In this document: one piece after another, positions 19,160-27,273 of the stretch
Numbering within the stretch: the stretch's first letter is position 1
Layout: each line of letters opens with the position of its first letter
Origin: Verrucomicrobiota bacterium
GTDB taxonomy: Bacteria; Verrucomicrobiota; Verrucomicrobiia; Limisphaerales; Fontisphaeraceae
Length of the DNA: 30,116 nt
NCBI GenBank assembly: GCA_037139415.1
Contig: JBAXGN010000091.1
Span: 1 to 30,116, forward strand
Reading direction: 5' to 3'
Position numbers and translations under genes: made by a program
Notes under the pieces: generated by a model
The model's database searches: none
Told to the model about the DNA's origin: nothing
What the model saw: the letters and a program-made list of their open reading frames with translations, nothing else

Positions 19160-19570
19160 CGCTGTGACGGGATCAATGATGCCGGAGGCCCATTTGCGGA
19201 ACTGCACGGCGCGTTCGGAGTTGACCTTGTAGCCAACGGCGATGATGGCGGCGAGGTTGTAGTGCTGGGTGTCGTAGGATTTGCCGTCAGCGGCAGTTAT
19301 CCGAAAATATTGGATAACTGAATCTGCCTCCAACTCATGGTCAATAAACACCTTTTGCAGGTGGTAGCTGATCGTCCTGACATCTACATCGTAAAGCAGC
19401 CCCATCATCTTCTGGGTGAGCCAGATATTTTCATCGGCGTAAACGGCTTCGACGCCACCCTGGCCGCTGGCCGCCACAAAGGTCAGGTATTCCGCCGCCG
19501 AAGAGCGAACCAGGGAGACGGCGGTGCTCTTTTTGGCGCGACCGTCTGGTGTGGGTTTGCTTTTGCTCAT
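19160..19570 (-). pseudogene. RhuM (virulence_RhuM family) gene, N-terminal ~137 codons intact, 3' part replaced or interrupted by the REP/RAYT element
   Basis: AEYLTFVAASGQGGVEAVYADENIWLTQKMMGLLYDV...DGKSYDTQHYNLAAIIAVGYKVNSERAVQFRKWASGII matches the conserved RhuM core. The ORF-track 368 aa product is a read-through across REP and RAYT-flank sequence. Confidence 0.6.
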
Positions 19571-20244
19571 GGCGCCGCCCTCCGGTTGGCAAGCGAAACT
19601 TCAGCGGCCTCCAGTGCCACGGCGGCCAATTCACCCACGGTCATGGGCGGATAGGTTTTGGCCGGCGTGAAAATCTCGTGTTTGCCAAGGTGGGCAAAGA
19701 GCGAACCCTCGGCACTGTAGGCGGATGATTGAGTGAGGCTATCGAACCGGAAGTCACGCCGCTGGAACCGGCCTTTGCCCAGATAACCCCACTCGGCGAA
19801 AGTGATCGGCAGGTTGCCTTGGGCGCGCATCGTCAATGCGTCGCCGTGGACGAGGTTTTGCGAAAGCACGTAGAAGGCGGCGTGATACAGGTCGTTCGCC
19901 GGAGCGAGGTTCAGATACTCGGCAAAGATTTCGAGCAGGTTGGCGCGGCACTCAGCGATGTTGTCTGGTAACAGTTCGATGCCGTAAATACACATCAAGC
20001 CAAGCAGCGCGTAGTGGCGTCGCTCGAAATCGGACTGCCCGTATTTGAGTTCCACAGCGGCAAGCTTCCGCCGCAGAATCTGCACGAGGAAGTTGCCATC
20101 CCCGCATGCCGACTCCAAGAAGCGTGAGTCAATCCGCTCCGTCTCGCTCTTTACAAGATCAAGCATGGCCTCGACCAGCCAGGCTGGAGTGAAGACCTCC
20201 CCGTGGTCGGCGACCCGTTGTTTGGACTTCACCAGGCTCATAGG
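19567..20244 (-). CDS. methyltransferase-like protein fragment (gamma-class N6A-MTase N-terminal region, catalytic motif IV degenerate); probable inactivated paralog or remnant
   Basis: Start MSLVKSKQ at 20244. Motif X GEVFTPAWL. Motif I FLESACGDGNFL. At the position expected for GNPPY the sequence is GNLPITF. Only ~225 aa with no TRD. Stop overlaps the RhuM start as ATGA, in the same style as the MTase/helicase junction. Confidence 0.5.
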   Translation of the reverse strand, partial: PMSLVKSKQRVADHGEVFTPAWLVEAMLDLVKSETERIDSRFLESACGDGNFLVQILRRKLAAVELKYGQSDFERRHYALLGLMCIYGIELLPDNIAECRANLLEIFAEYLNLAPANDLYHAAFYVLSQNLVHGDALTMRAQGNLPITFAEWGYLGKGRFQRRDFRFDSLTQSSAYSAEGSLFAHLGKHEIFTPAKTYPPMTVGELAAVALEAAEVSLANRRAAP

Positions 20245-20449
20245 GCAAATGAGAAAACTGGGCTGGGCAGAACAAGGCACATAACCGCCGGATATTCGCG
20301 CGGATTTGGCGTTGCTGCACTAACCGATGACCTGCTTGCTGCCATATATCTTCACCGTCCGACCACCCGTGTTAAAGGTGCCTAGCCGGGTTAGTTACTT
20401 CGGTAATGACCTTAACGGGAGAGGGACAAGGCAGCAAGGACAAAGGCGG

Positions 20450-20866
20450 TTACGGTTGGGAACGGGTGGAGAGAAAGTTGGTCGGTGTGACGGCCGCCAC
20501 AGGCGAACCGGCGAAGTCGGCCACGTTGCGGGTGATGATGTAATCGCAATGGCCGGCCTCGGCCAGGCTGGCAACGACGGCATCCTCAAAGTCCGGGAGG
20601 GCCAATTGGCGGGCGCGACGGAACACCGCTTTATCGGCTACGGCGACATCGAAATGAGCCAGCATCCAATCAATGATTTGGTCAGCTTTGGGCTTGGCGG
20701 ACGCTTTGGCCAGGATGTAGTAGAGGGTGGTCAACGCGTGACTGGGGAGCAAGGCTTCGATTTCCCCGAGGCGGGCCAAGCTCAGCACCTCCGCCGAATC
20801 CTGGTAGTAGGGCAGCCGGTTTTGGACGACATCCAGCACGACGTTGAGGTCGAGCAAGACTTTCAT
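20450..20866 (-). CDS. PIN-domain toxin (VapC-like)
   Basis: 138 aa. N-terminal LLDLNVVLDV (first acidic residue), later DFEDAVVASLAEAGHCDYIITRNVADF (PIN acidic residues). Overlaps the upstream small gene by 4 bp. Confidence 0.7.
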   Translation of the reverse strand: MKVLLDLNVVLDVVQNRLPYYQDSAEVLSLARLGEIEALLPSHALTTLYYILAKASAKPKADQIIDWMLAHFDVAVADKAVFRRARQLALPDFEDAVVASLAEAGHCDYIITRNVADFAGSPVAAVTPTNFLSTRSQP

Positions 20867-21099
20867 CGGTGCTTATCGAGCAAATGTTGGCGGTATTCGG
20901 CCTTGGCGTCGAGGTCCGGCGGAACCAGTCCGGTGATGGCTGCCACCTCCGGGTGGATGACGGGACGGACGCGGGTATGCAGACGCCGCACCGTCTGGCC
21001 AAGGGCTTCGGCCACGGTCAGGCCGTGCTGTCGGGCATATCCCTCGAGAAACTCAATGTCCTCGGCGGGCAAGGTCACTGTTAGTGTCGCTGCTGGCAT
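20863..21099 (-). CDS. putative antitoxin of the PIN toxin (small DNA-binding protein)
   Basis: 78 aa ORF immediately upstream of, and translationally coupled to, the PIN gene. Typical type II TA arrangement. No strong motif assigned. Confidence 0.5.
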   Translation of the reverse strand: MPAATLTVTLPAEDIEFLEGYARQHGLTVAEALGQTVRRLHTRVRPVIHPEVAAITGLVPPDLDAKAEYRQHLLDKHR

Positions 21100-21362
21100 A
21101 GCTCAGGCTTTCGTTCTGTCTCGCAAAGCCAAGATAACACGGCGACAGCCGGAAGGAAAGTGCGAAGTTGGGGGAAGAATGGCTCACGCGTGTTTGGTGA
21201 ACCTGGGCGCTGCGTAAATCTGCCCTTTTTTGCTCTGCGCACTCTGCAATGGTGAATCCGGCTATCAGTTTGGAGATGGGTTCGACGATAACCTCCCCTC
21301 CCCTCCGGTTTGCTCCGGAGAGGAGGGTTTTCAAAATCACCACCCAACAGTGGCAATTACGG

Positions 21363-22436
21363 TTACTTGCGAAGTTCCGGCACGGGCACTTGCAGCATCA
21401 CGTTGGCCGACTCTTTCCCGTTGCCCCAATACCAGGACGGGTAATGGCCATCCCATTTTTCCACCCGCGCCTTTTCCACTTCCATGGCCTTGAGTTGCAT
21501 GAGGATGGGGTTGCTGCTGGCTTCCTCAGCCGCCTGGCTGATCTCCCGGATGGCCTGAGCCTCGGCGGTGGCGGCGGTACGGCGGGCATCTGCCAATCCC
21601 ATGGCTTCGCGTCGCGCTTTCTCCGCTTGCGCCTGCGCTTCGAGTTCGATGCGGTCGTTCTCGCGCTTCTGCGCCTCAAATTTCGCTTCGCTGACCACCT
21701 TCAGTTGCTGGGCAATAAAGGTCTGGTCAATGGACTTCTGGATTTCCGGGTTCTCATAAGTCATCCCGCCAAACATTCCTGCCGTGGTGATGGTTACCCC
21801 GCGCGCCTGGAAAAAGTTGGTCACATCCTTTTTCACCGCATCGGCGATCTCCTGTTTTTTCGAGCGCAGGCTGTCCAGTGGATACCGTGCCGCCACTTCC
21901 GCGGCCGCCTGTTGGATGCGTCCCCGCACTTCGTGATCCATCACTTCGGCCAGTGTCCCGCTCGGGTACCAGTACAGGAAGCGCGACGCATCATCCTCGC
22001 TGACGAATGCCGTACACGTGAATCCCATGCTGAAGCCCACGCTGTCGGCACTCTCGATCCAGATGGCCTTGTCCGTGCGCTGTGCCGCCGTGCCGCTGCC
22101 GGTCGTCTGCGTGGTGGTCCATTCCCGCGTGATGGGGGAACGGTTGACCTTCACCAGTCGCACCGTGGCAATCCAGCGGCCATCATGGCTGAGCCGGCCT
22201 TCCTGGGACCACCGGTGCGTGATTTGCACCCGCTTGGCGGCCACCTTGCGTTGCTTGAGGTATTCCTCGGATTCAAACCGCGCCTGTTGCGTGGTGTCGC
22301 CCTCCAGCGGAATCAGAAAGCCCGTGTCGGACGTGTCAATCTCCACATATTCCGGCCGGTCATAAGGCTTCACGCATCCGCCGAATAACGGCAGCACCAG
22401 CACTGTCAACAGGGCGGTGGTTTTGCTGCGGGCCAT
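21363..22436 (-). CDS. SPFH/band-7 (prohibitin-homology) domain lipoprotein
   Basis: Start MARSKTTALLTVLVLPLFGGC (lipoprotein signal with lipobox). SPFH core with FGGMTYENPEIQKSIDQ and a Glu/Ala/Gln/Lys-rich coiled coil (EAQKRENDRIELEAQAQAEKARREA). The ORF track extends in frame to 22742, an alternative start. Confidence 0.75.
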   Translation of the reverse strand: MARSKTTALLTVLVLPLFGGCVKPYDRPEYVEIDTSDTGFLIPLEGDTTQQARFESEEYLKQRKVAAKRVQITHRWSQEGRLSHDGRWIATVRLVKVNRSPITREWTTTQTTGSGTAAQRTDKAIWIESADSVGFSMGFTCTAFVSEDDASRFLYWYPSGTLAEVMDHEVRGRIQQAAAEVAARYPLDSLRSKKQEIADAVKKDVTNFFQARGVTITTAGMFGGMTYENPEIQKSIDQTFIAQQLKVVSEAKFEAQKRENDRIELEAQAQAEKARREAMGLADARRTAATAEAQAIREISQAAEEASSNPILMQLKAMEVEKARVEKWDGHYPSWYWGNGKESANVMLQVPVPELRK

Positions 22437-23133
22437 GTGCGCCCGTGCCCGTTCCCAGGCGTGCCGCAACCATGGCGCAAAGCACAACCAGCCTGTGGTC
22501 AGGATGGCCAGCAGGGCCAGAACGTGCATCCCGTCACGCCATGCCTCGGCCAATCGCATTCCGCCGCTGGCGTCGGCGCGCGGGTTGAATTGCTGCAACG
22601 CCAGCGCCGTGTAAGGCGCGGTTTGCGAGCGGCTGAGCCAGTACATTTCCGCCGTTGAAATCGTGGCGGCTACCAACGCGAATAACAGGATACGTTTCAT
22701 AATCAGACTCCATCTGTGCGTCGTCTCCGGTGCTAGGTACAACGGGGCAGCGGCCTTTATGCCGGGATGAAAGTCCCGTCATCAAGACACCAGCACCCGC
22801 ATGCCGGGGCACACGGACACAACGTGTTGTTACTTACGGGGAGATCAGATGGTGCCACGACCTGTGGCCCTAGAGGATCGCCCTTCCAATTGCCTGCGAG
22901 GTTAGCTGACGGGCTCGGTCCTGGAAGTGACCTGGGAGTTGGTTCACAACTCCGTTCGCCCCAACCACCGTTCCAAGGTGGCATTTGGTTCCCCCGTGTC
23001 GTCCCGCAGGAAGGCGGTCCGACTTCGGCTGCATACTTCAGACATGGCACCTATCGCACATGAGGACAAACTTGTCAATAGGTGCCTCTGGAAGTGACTG
23101 ATAATCAGGGTAATCCTGATAGATAATCCTGCC

Positions 23134-23883
23134 CTATTGCGCCATCAACACCTGTAACATGCGCTGTGGGTTGGACAGGAAATCACGTGTGACCCGGTAA
23201 TGTTCAGTCTCTTCATAAGCAACCCGCTCGATGCCCTTGGTGGAAAAGGCGTAGATGGTGGCGTTCGGGTACGCCATCAAAATTGGCGAATGGGTGGCGA
23301 TGATGAACTGGGATTTTTCCTCGACCAAGTCGTGAATGCGCGTGATCACGGAGAGCTGGCGGCGGGGTGAAAGTGCCGCCTCCGGTTCATCCAGCAGGTA
23401 CAACCCTTCACCGCGAAAACGGTTGACCAGCAGCGCAAGAAAAGATTCCCCGTGCGATTGCTCGTGCAATGAGTGTTTCCCGTAGGCAGGGCCAATCGGC
23501 GGCCCGCCTCCCGGTTCAGCATCCAGCCGCTCAATTTCCGTCGCCACATTGAAAAAACTTTCCGCCCGCAGAAAAAAGCCGTCACGCGGCCGGGTGATGC
23601 CTCGCGAGATGCGCAGGTAGCGATGCAACTCCGAGTGGGAGCTGCGCGTTCCAAATTGGAAATTCTTGGAGCCCCCTTCGGCATTGAACCCGCAGGCCAC
23701 CGCAATGGCCTCCATCAGCGTGGATTTGCCCGACCCATTTTCTCCCACAAAGAACGTGACCGCCGGATGTAGTTCCAGACGATCCAGCGGTCGCACCGCC
23801 GGTAGCGAAAACGGATACCGGTCAAACGACTCCACGGCTTCCCGCTTTAGACAAATTTCGGCGATATATTGCTTTGAAATCAT
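23134..23883 (-). CDS. small ABC/SMC-like AAA ATPase (AAA_21/AAA_15-like ATP-binding protein)
   Basis: 249 aa. Walker A GENGSGKST. Signature/Walker B region LYLLDEPEAALSP. H-loop ATHSP. No partner gene on either side. Confidence 0.7.
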   Translation of the reverse strand: MISKQYIAEICLKREAVESFDRYPFSLPAVRPLDRLELHPAVTFFVGENGSGKSTLMEAIAVACGFNAEGGSKNFQFGTRSSHSELHRYLRISRGITRPRDGFFLRAESFFNVATEIERLDAEPGGGPPIGPAYGKHSLHEQSHGESFLALLVNRFRGEGLYLLDEPEAALSPRRQLSVITRIHDLVEEKSQFIIATHSPILMAYPNATIYAFSTKGIERVAYEETEHYRVTRDFLSNPQRMLQVLMAQ

Positions 23884-24023
23884 GGTAACCCATCATCATT
23901 CTATCGTGCCATCAGTAGCGAAATTAAGCGATTTCCATGAAATTACGAGCCTTTTTTGGGTTTTTATCACAAGTATAACATCCTTATTAACAAACTATTG
24001 CATAAAAGTGTCAAGATTCGCAT

Positions 24024-24052
24024 TTGCATTGCGAAACTTTCGCAGTTATAAT
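24024..24052 (+). promoter_or_regulatory. consensus sigma70-type promoter (TTGCAT-17 bp-TATAAT) with palindromic operator TGCGAAACTTTCGCA in the spacer and outer inverted repeat GATTCGCAT...ATGCGAATC
   Basis: Direct reading. The -10 hexamer ends 7 nt before the ATG at 24060, implying a leaderless or near-leaderless transcript. Confidence 0.45.
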
Positions 24053-24059
24053 GCGAATC

Positions 24060-25286
24060 ATGACACAGTATCGAAAACGTGAAGTTGGCCGATTCCTCGC
24101 GAAGGTGTTGCTGCAATTCCCTGTAGTCGTGATTAGCGGCCTGCGTCAAACGGGAAAAAGCACGTTATTGCAACTGGACCCGATTGCATCTGACAACCGT
24201 AGCTATCGTACACTGGACGATTTGAATACGCTTGAACAGGCGCGCAGCAATCCGCAGCAATTATTGGCAACCGCATCGGCACTGGCTTTGGATGAGGTGC
24301 AACGAGTGCCAGATATATTCCTGCCCGTCAAACGTTCGGTGGATCAAGAGCGCCGTCCCGGACGTTTTATTCTGACCGGTTCGGCCAATTTGCTGTTGAT
24401 GAAACAAGTTGCTGACAGCCTTGCTGGTCGGGCCATTTATGTTCAATTGCATCCGCTAAATCGCCGCGAGCTTTTTGGAAATGTCAGCGAAACACCTGCG
24501 TTGGTTCAGTTTCTTGAGACTGGCCAGTGGCCAAAGGTGGTTATCCCGCCGGTGACTGAGAGTGAAATTCTGCGTGGAGGTTTTCCGGAAATAGCCTTGA
24601 ATCCCGCTTTGGATGCCAATCTGTGGTTTGAAGGTTTTGAAAAAACCTATTTGGAACGGGATGTCCGGGATTTGCGGCGCGTGGAAAACTTATCGAGTTT
24701 CCGGCGTCTCTTGCGGTTATCGGCCTTGCGCATTGGCGGGATACTGAATGTCAGTAACCTGGGACGTGATGCTCACTTGCCGGAATCCACCACCCGCAGC
24801 CATCTGGATTTGCTGGAGGCTCTGATGGTAATTCAGCGGCTACCCCCGTTTTTTGGTAATCGCACTTCGCGACTGGTCAAGGCACCTAAATTATATTTTG
24901 CGGATTCAGGTCTGGCTGCATTTTTAGCCGGGATAACCGATCTCCATGACCATTCAGCCGAACCATTGCGGGGCGCACTCCTGGAAAATTACCTATTGCA
25001 GCAGCTACGGGCCACTTTGGATCCTTGGCTGAACGGCGTGCAGTTTCACTATTGGAATGAGCAGGGGCGTTACGAGGTGGACTTGGTGCTTGAACATAAG
25101 CGCCGAGTGCTGGCCATTGAAGTCAAGGCGGCCAGCCGTCTTTCCCCAAGTGATTGGCGATGTCTGGAAATGTTTCAGTCCATCACTCCCAACTGCTGTG
25201 GTGGCATTGTCGCTTATCAGGGAACGGAAATAGTGCCGCTGGGGAATAAGCTATGGGCGGTACCAATCCACGCTTTTCTGGCCTGA
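24060..25286 (+). CDS. AAA_14 / DUF4143 family ATPase
   Basis: Walker A GLRQTGKSTLL near the N-terminus. Walker B region LALDEVQRVPD. C-terminal DUF4143-like region. Start at ATG 24060 (or 24051). The ORF-track TTG at 24024 lies inside the promoter and is unlikely. Confidence 0.75.
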   Translation: MTQYRKREVGRFLAKVLLQFPVVVISGLRQTGKSTLLQLDPIASDNRSYRTLDDLNTLEQARSNPQQLLATASALALDEVQRVPDIFLPVKRSVDQERRPGRFILTGSANLLLMKQVADSLAGRAIYVQLHPLNRRELFGNVSETPALVQFLETGQWPKVVIPPVTESEILRGGFPEIALNPALDANLWFEGFEKTYLERDVRDLRRVENLSSFRRLLRLSALRIGGILNVSNLGRDAHLPESTTRSHLDLLEALMVIQRLPPFFGNRTSRLVKAPKLYFADSGLAAFLAGITDLHDHSAEPLRGALLENYLLQQLRATLDPWLNGVQFHYWNEQGRYEVDLVLEHKRRVLAIEVKAASRLSPSDWRCLEMFQSITPNCCGGIVAYQGTEIVPLGNKLWAVPIHAFLA

Positions 25287-25341
25287 ACTGCCCCACCATT
25301 TCTCATTGTCAAATCCGCAGCTCACGTCCACTCTGGCGTCC

Positions 25342-27273
25342 ATGAACGCACCGCCTTTTTATACCATCGCCCTTGGGTTGCTCGTGGGCTTGTTTTCAAG
25401 CCCCTCCGCGCACGCCGCCAGCACGCCCAACATCGTCCTGATCTTTATTGACGACATTGGTTATGGCGACATCGGGCCGTTTGGTTCGACCAAGAACCGC
25501 ACACCCAACCTGGATCGCATGGCGCAACAGGGCATGAAATTCACCAGCTTTTATGCCGCCCCGGTCTGCTCCGTCTCCCGTGCCCAGGTCAACACCGGCT
25601 GCTACGGCCAGCGTGTTTCCATTCCGGGCGTGTTTCCACCCGCCAGCCGCAACGGGATTAACGCCGCCGAGCACACCACCGCCGAACTGTTAAAGGCCCA
25701 AGGCTACGCCACCATGATCATCGGCAAATGGCACCTTGGCGATCAACCGGAGTTCCTGCCCACCCGCCACGGATTTGATCATTATTTCGGCCTGCCTTAC
25801 TCCAACGACATGAACAAGCATTCCACTCAAAAGGGAGAAAAGGTCGTGCCGCTGATGCGCGACGAGAAAGTCATTGAACTCCTCACGGGTCCGGACCAGG
25901 ACCAGTTGACGGAGCGTTACACGGAGGAGGCATTGAAGTTTATCCGCGAAAATCAGTCCCGCCCGTTTTATCTCTACCTGCCGCACACCGCCGTGCATGT
26001 GCCGATTCATCCCGGTGACAAGTTCAAGGACAAATCCAAAAATGGCCGCTATGGCGACTGGGTCGAGGAAGTGGATTGGAGCGTTGGCCGGGTGCTTGAT
26101 ACTTTGCGTGAACTCAAGCTGGACTCCAACACGCTGGTGGTTTTCAGCAGCGACAACGGCCCCTGGCTGGTCAAGGGCGCGGACGCCGGTGAAGCCGGAC
26201 CGTTGCGCGGTGGCAAAGGCAGCACTTGGGAAGGCGGCGTACGCGAACCCACGCTCGCCTGGTGGCCGGGCCGCATTGTTCCCGGCACCGTCTGCGATGC
26301 CGTGGCGGGCAATATTGATTTCCTGCCCACCTTCGTGAAGCTTGCCGGTGGCTCCGTGCCGACCGATCGCAAGATTGATGGCCGCGATTTTTCCCCCTTG
26401 TTGTTTGGCACCAGCAAGGAATCCCAGCGCGAGGCGCATTATTATTATCATGGCTACAAACTCGAAGCGGTTCGCGTTCGTTCTTGGAAACTCGCTCTCA
26501 GTCCGCAAGCCGAAGGCATGGGGCTGAAAAAAGCCGATTCCGATGCCGCCAAACCGGGGCTCCGCCTCTACAACCTTGATTCCGATATCGGCGAACGCAC
26601 CAACCTGGCGTCCGCGCACCCGGACATTGTGAAACGATTGCAGGACCTTGCCGCCAAAATGGCCGCTGAATTGGGCGATGGCAAACCCGGTCCCGAGGTC
26701 CGCCTGGCAGGCCAGGTGGAAAATCCCGTGCTGCTGTATCCCTCCGACGATGTGCCCAAAGCCAGAAAAGGTAAGGGGAAGGCGGCGGCGGCCAAAGGGG
26801 CTCATGCCTCCACCGCACTCGAAGCGCTGAAAATCGGCGACGTGCTGGATGCCGAGGAAGCTCTGCAAATCGCGAATCGCCCGATCACCATCACCTGCGA
26901 CGTGGAACCGAAAGCAAAAAACGGGGTGATCATTGCTCACGGTGGTTCGGCGGTTGGCTATGCGCTCTACCTTAAGGAGGGGAAGGTCATGTTCACCGTA
27001 CATTCTGGCGCCAAAACCAAGGTCAATCTCACCGCCAGCGAAACTCCATCTGGCCGTCTGGCCATGGTCGCCCAACTGACCAAAGACGGCACCATGACCC
27101 TTTCGCTGAACGGTAAGCTCGTGGCGACAGGCAAGGCCGAAAGCCTGATCGCCCGCCAGCCCCAGGAAAATTTCTGCGTGGGTCATGACGATAAGGTCAC
27201 CGTCGGCGATTATGACGGCAAAACCCTGTTTCAAGGGACGATCGAAAACCTGAAGGTTACGACCAATCCGTAA
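25342..27273 (+). CDS. secreted sulfatase (formylglycine-dependent arylsulfatase family) with Lys-rich linker and C-terminal LamG-like beta-sandwich domain
   Basis: Signal peptide MNAPPFYTIALGLLVGLFSSPSAHAAS. Metal site IFIDDIGYGD. Formylglycine motif present as CSVSR (C-x-V-x-R rather than C-x-P-x-R) followed by AQVNTG. KWHLGD, HTAVHVP, FSSDNGP. C-terminal ~160 aa jelly-roll-like segment after KARKGKGKAAAAKG. Confidence 0.85.
   Translation: MNAPPFYTIALGLLVGLFSSPSAHAASTPNIVLIFIDDIGYGDIGPFGSTKNRTPNLDRMAQQGMKFTSFYAAPVCSVSRAQVNTGCYGQRVSIPGVFPPASRNGINAAEHTTAELLKAQGYATMIIGKWHLGDQPEFLPTRHGFDHYFGLPYSNDMNKHSTQKGEKVVPLMRDEKVIELLTGPDQDQLTERYTEEALKFIRENQSRPFYLYLPHTAVHVPIHPGDKFKDKSKNGRYGDWVEEVDWSVGRVLDTLRELKLDSNTLVVFSSDNGPWLVKGADAGEAGPLRGGKGSTWEGGVREPTLAWWPGRIVPGTVCDAVAGNIDFLPTFVKLAGGSVPTDRKIDGRDFSPLLFGTSKESQREAHYYYHGYKLEAVRVRSWKLALSPQAEGMGLKKADSDAAKPGLRLYNLDSDIGERTNLASAHPDIVKRLQDLAAKMAAELGDGKPGPEVRLAGQVENPVLLYPSDDVPKARKGKGKAAAAKGAHASTALEALKIGDVLDAEEALQIANRPITITCDVEPKAKNGVIIAHGGSAVGYALYLKEGKVMFTVHSGAKTKVNLTASETPSGRLAMVAQLTKDGTMTLSLNGKLVATGKAESLIARQPQENFCVGHDDKVTVGDYDGKTLFQGTIENLKVTTNP

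Noticed and set aside
18464-19570. 368 aa minus-strand ORF treated as a single protein
   Set aside because: It is a chimeric read-through. Only the first ~137 codons are RhuM-like. The remainder translates REP hairpins (PSPGQRPGNP...PALKGRPN) and RAYT-flank DNA in a non-coding frame.
21290-21340. Hairpin CTCCCCTCCGG-TTTGCT-CCGGAGAGGAG followed by GTTTTC, a possible terminator after the SPFH gene
   Set aside because: The T-run orientation fits a plus-strand transcript, and no credible plus-strand gene lies upstream. On the minus strand the T-run precedes rather than follows the stem. It is therefore not called as a terminator.
20327-22388. ORFs 20327-21217 and 21249-22388 on the plus strand
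   Set aside because: Antisense to the PIN/antitoxin pair and the SPFH gene. Arg/Gly-rich with no motifs.
22437-22742. Extended N-terminus of the SPFH protein (start at 22742 or 22700)
   Set aside because: A strong lipoprotein signal plus lipobox begins at the internal Met (22436). The upstream in-frame 100 codons lack a coherent signal peptide logic, although an alternative start cannot be excluded.
22743-23133. Identification as RNase P RNA, tmRNA, SRP RNA, tRNA or cobalamin/TPP riboswitch
   Set aside because: The conserved cores (GGAAAGUCCGGGC, AGGGUGAAA, tmRNA ends, GUCAGGUCCGGAAGGAAGC, GTTCGAATCC T-loop, B12 box, CUGAGA/ACCUGAUCUGG) are not present on either strand by eye. It is kept only as an unexplained structured region.
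25690-27234. 514 aa ORF antisense to the sulfatase
   Set aside because: Shadow ORF. The sulfatase on the plus strand has a signal peptide and all family motifs.
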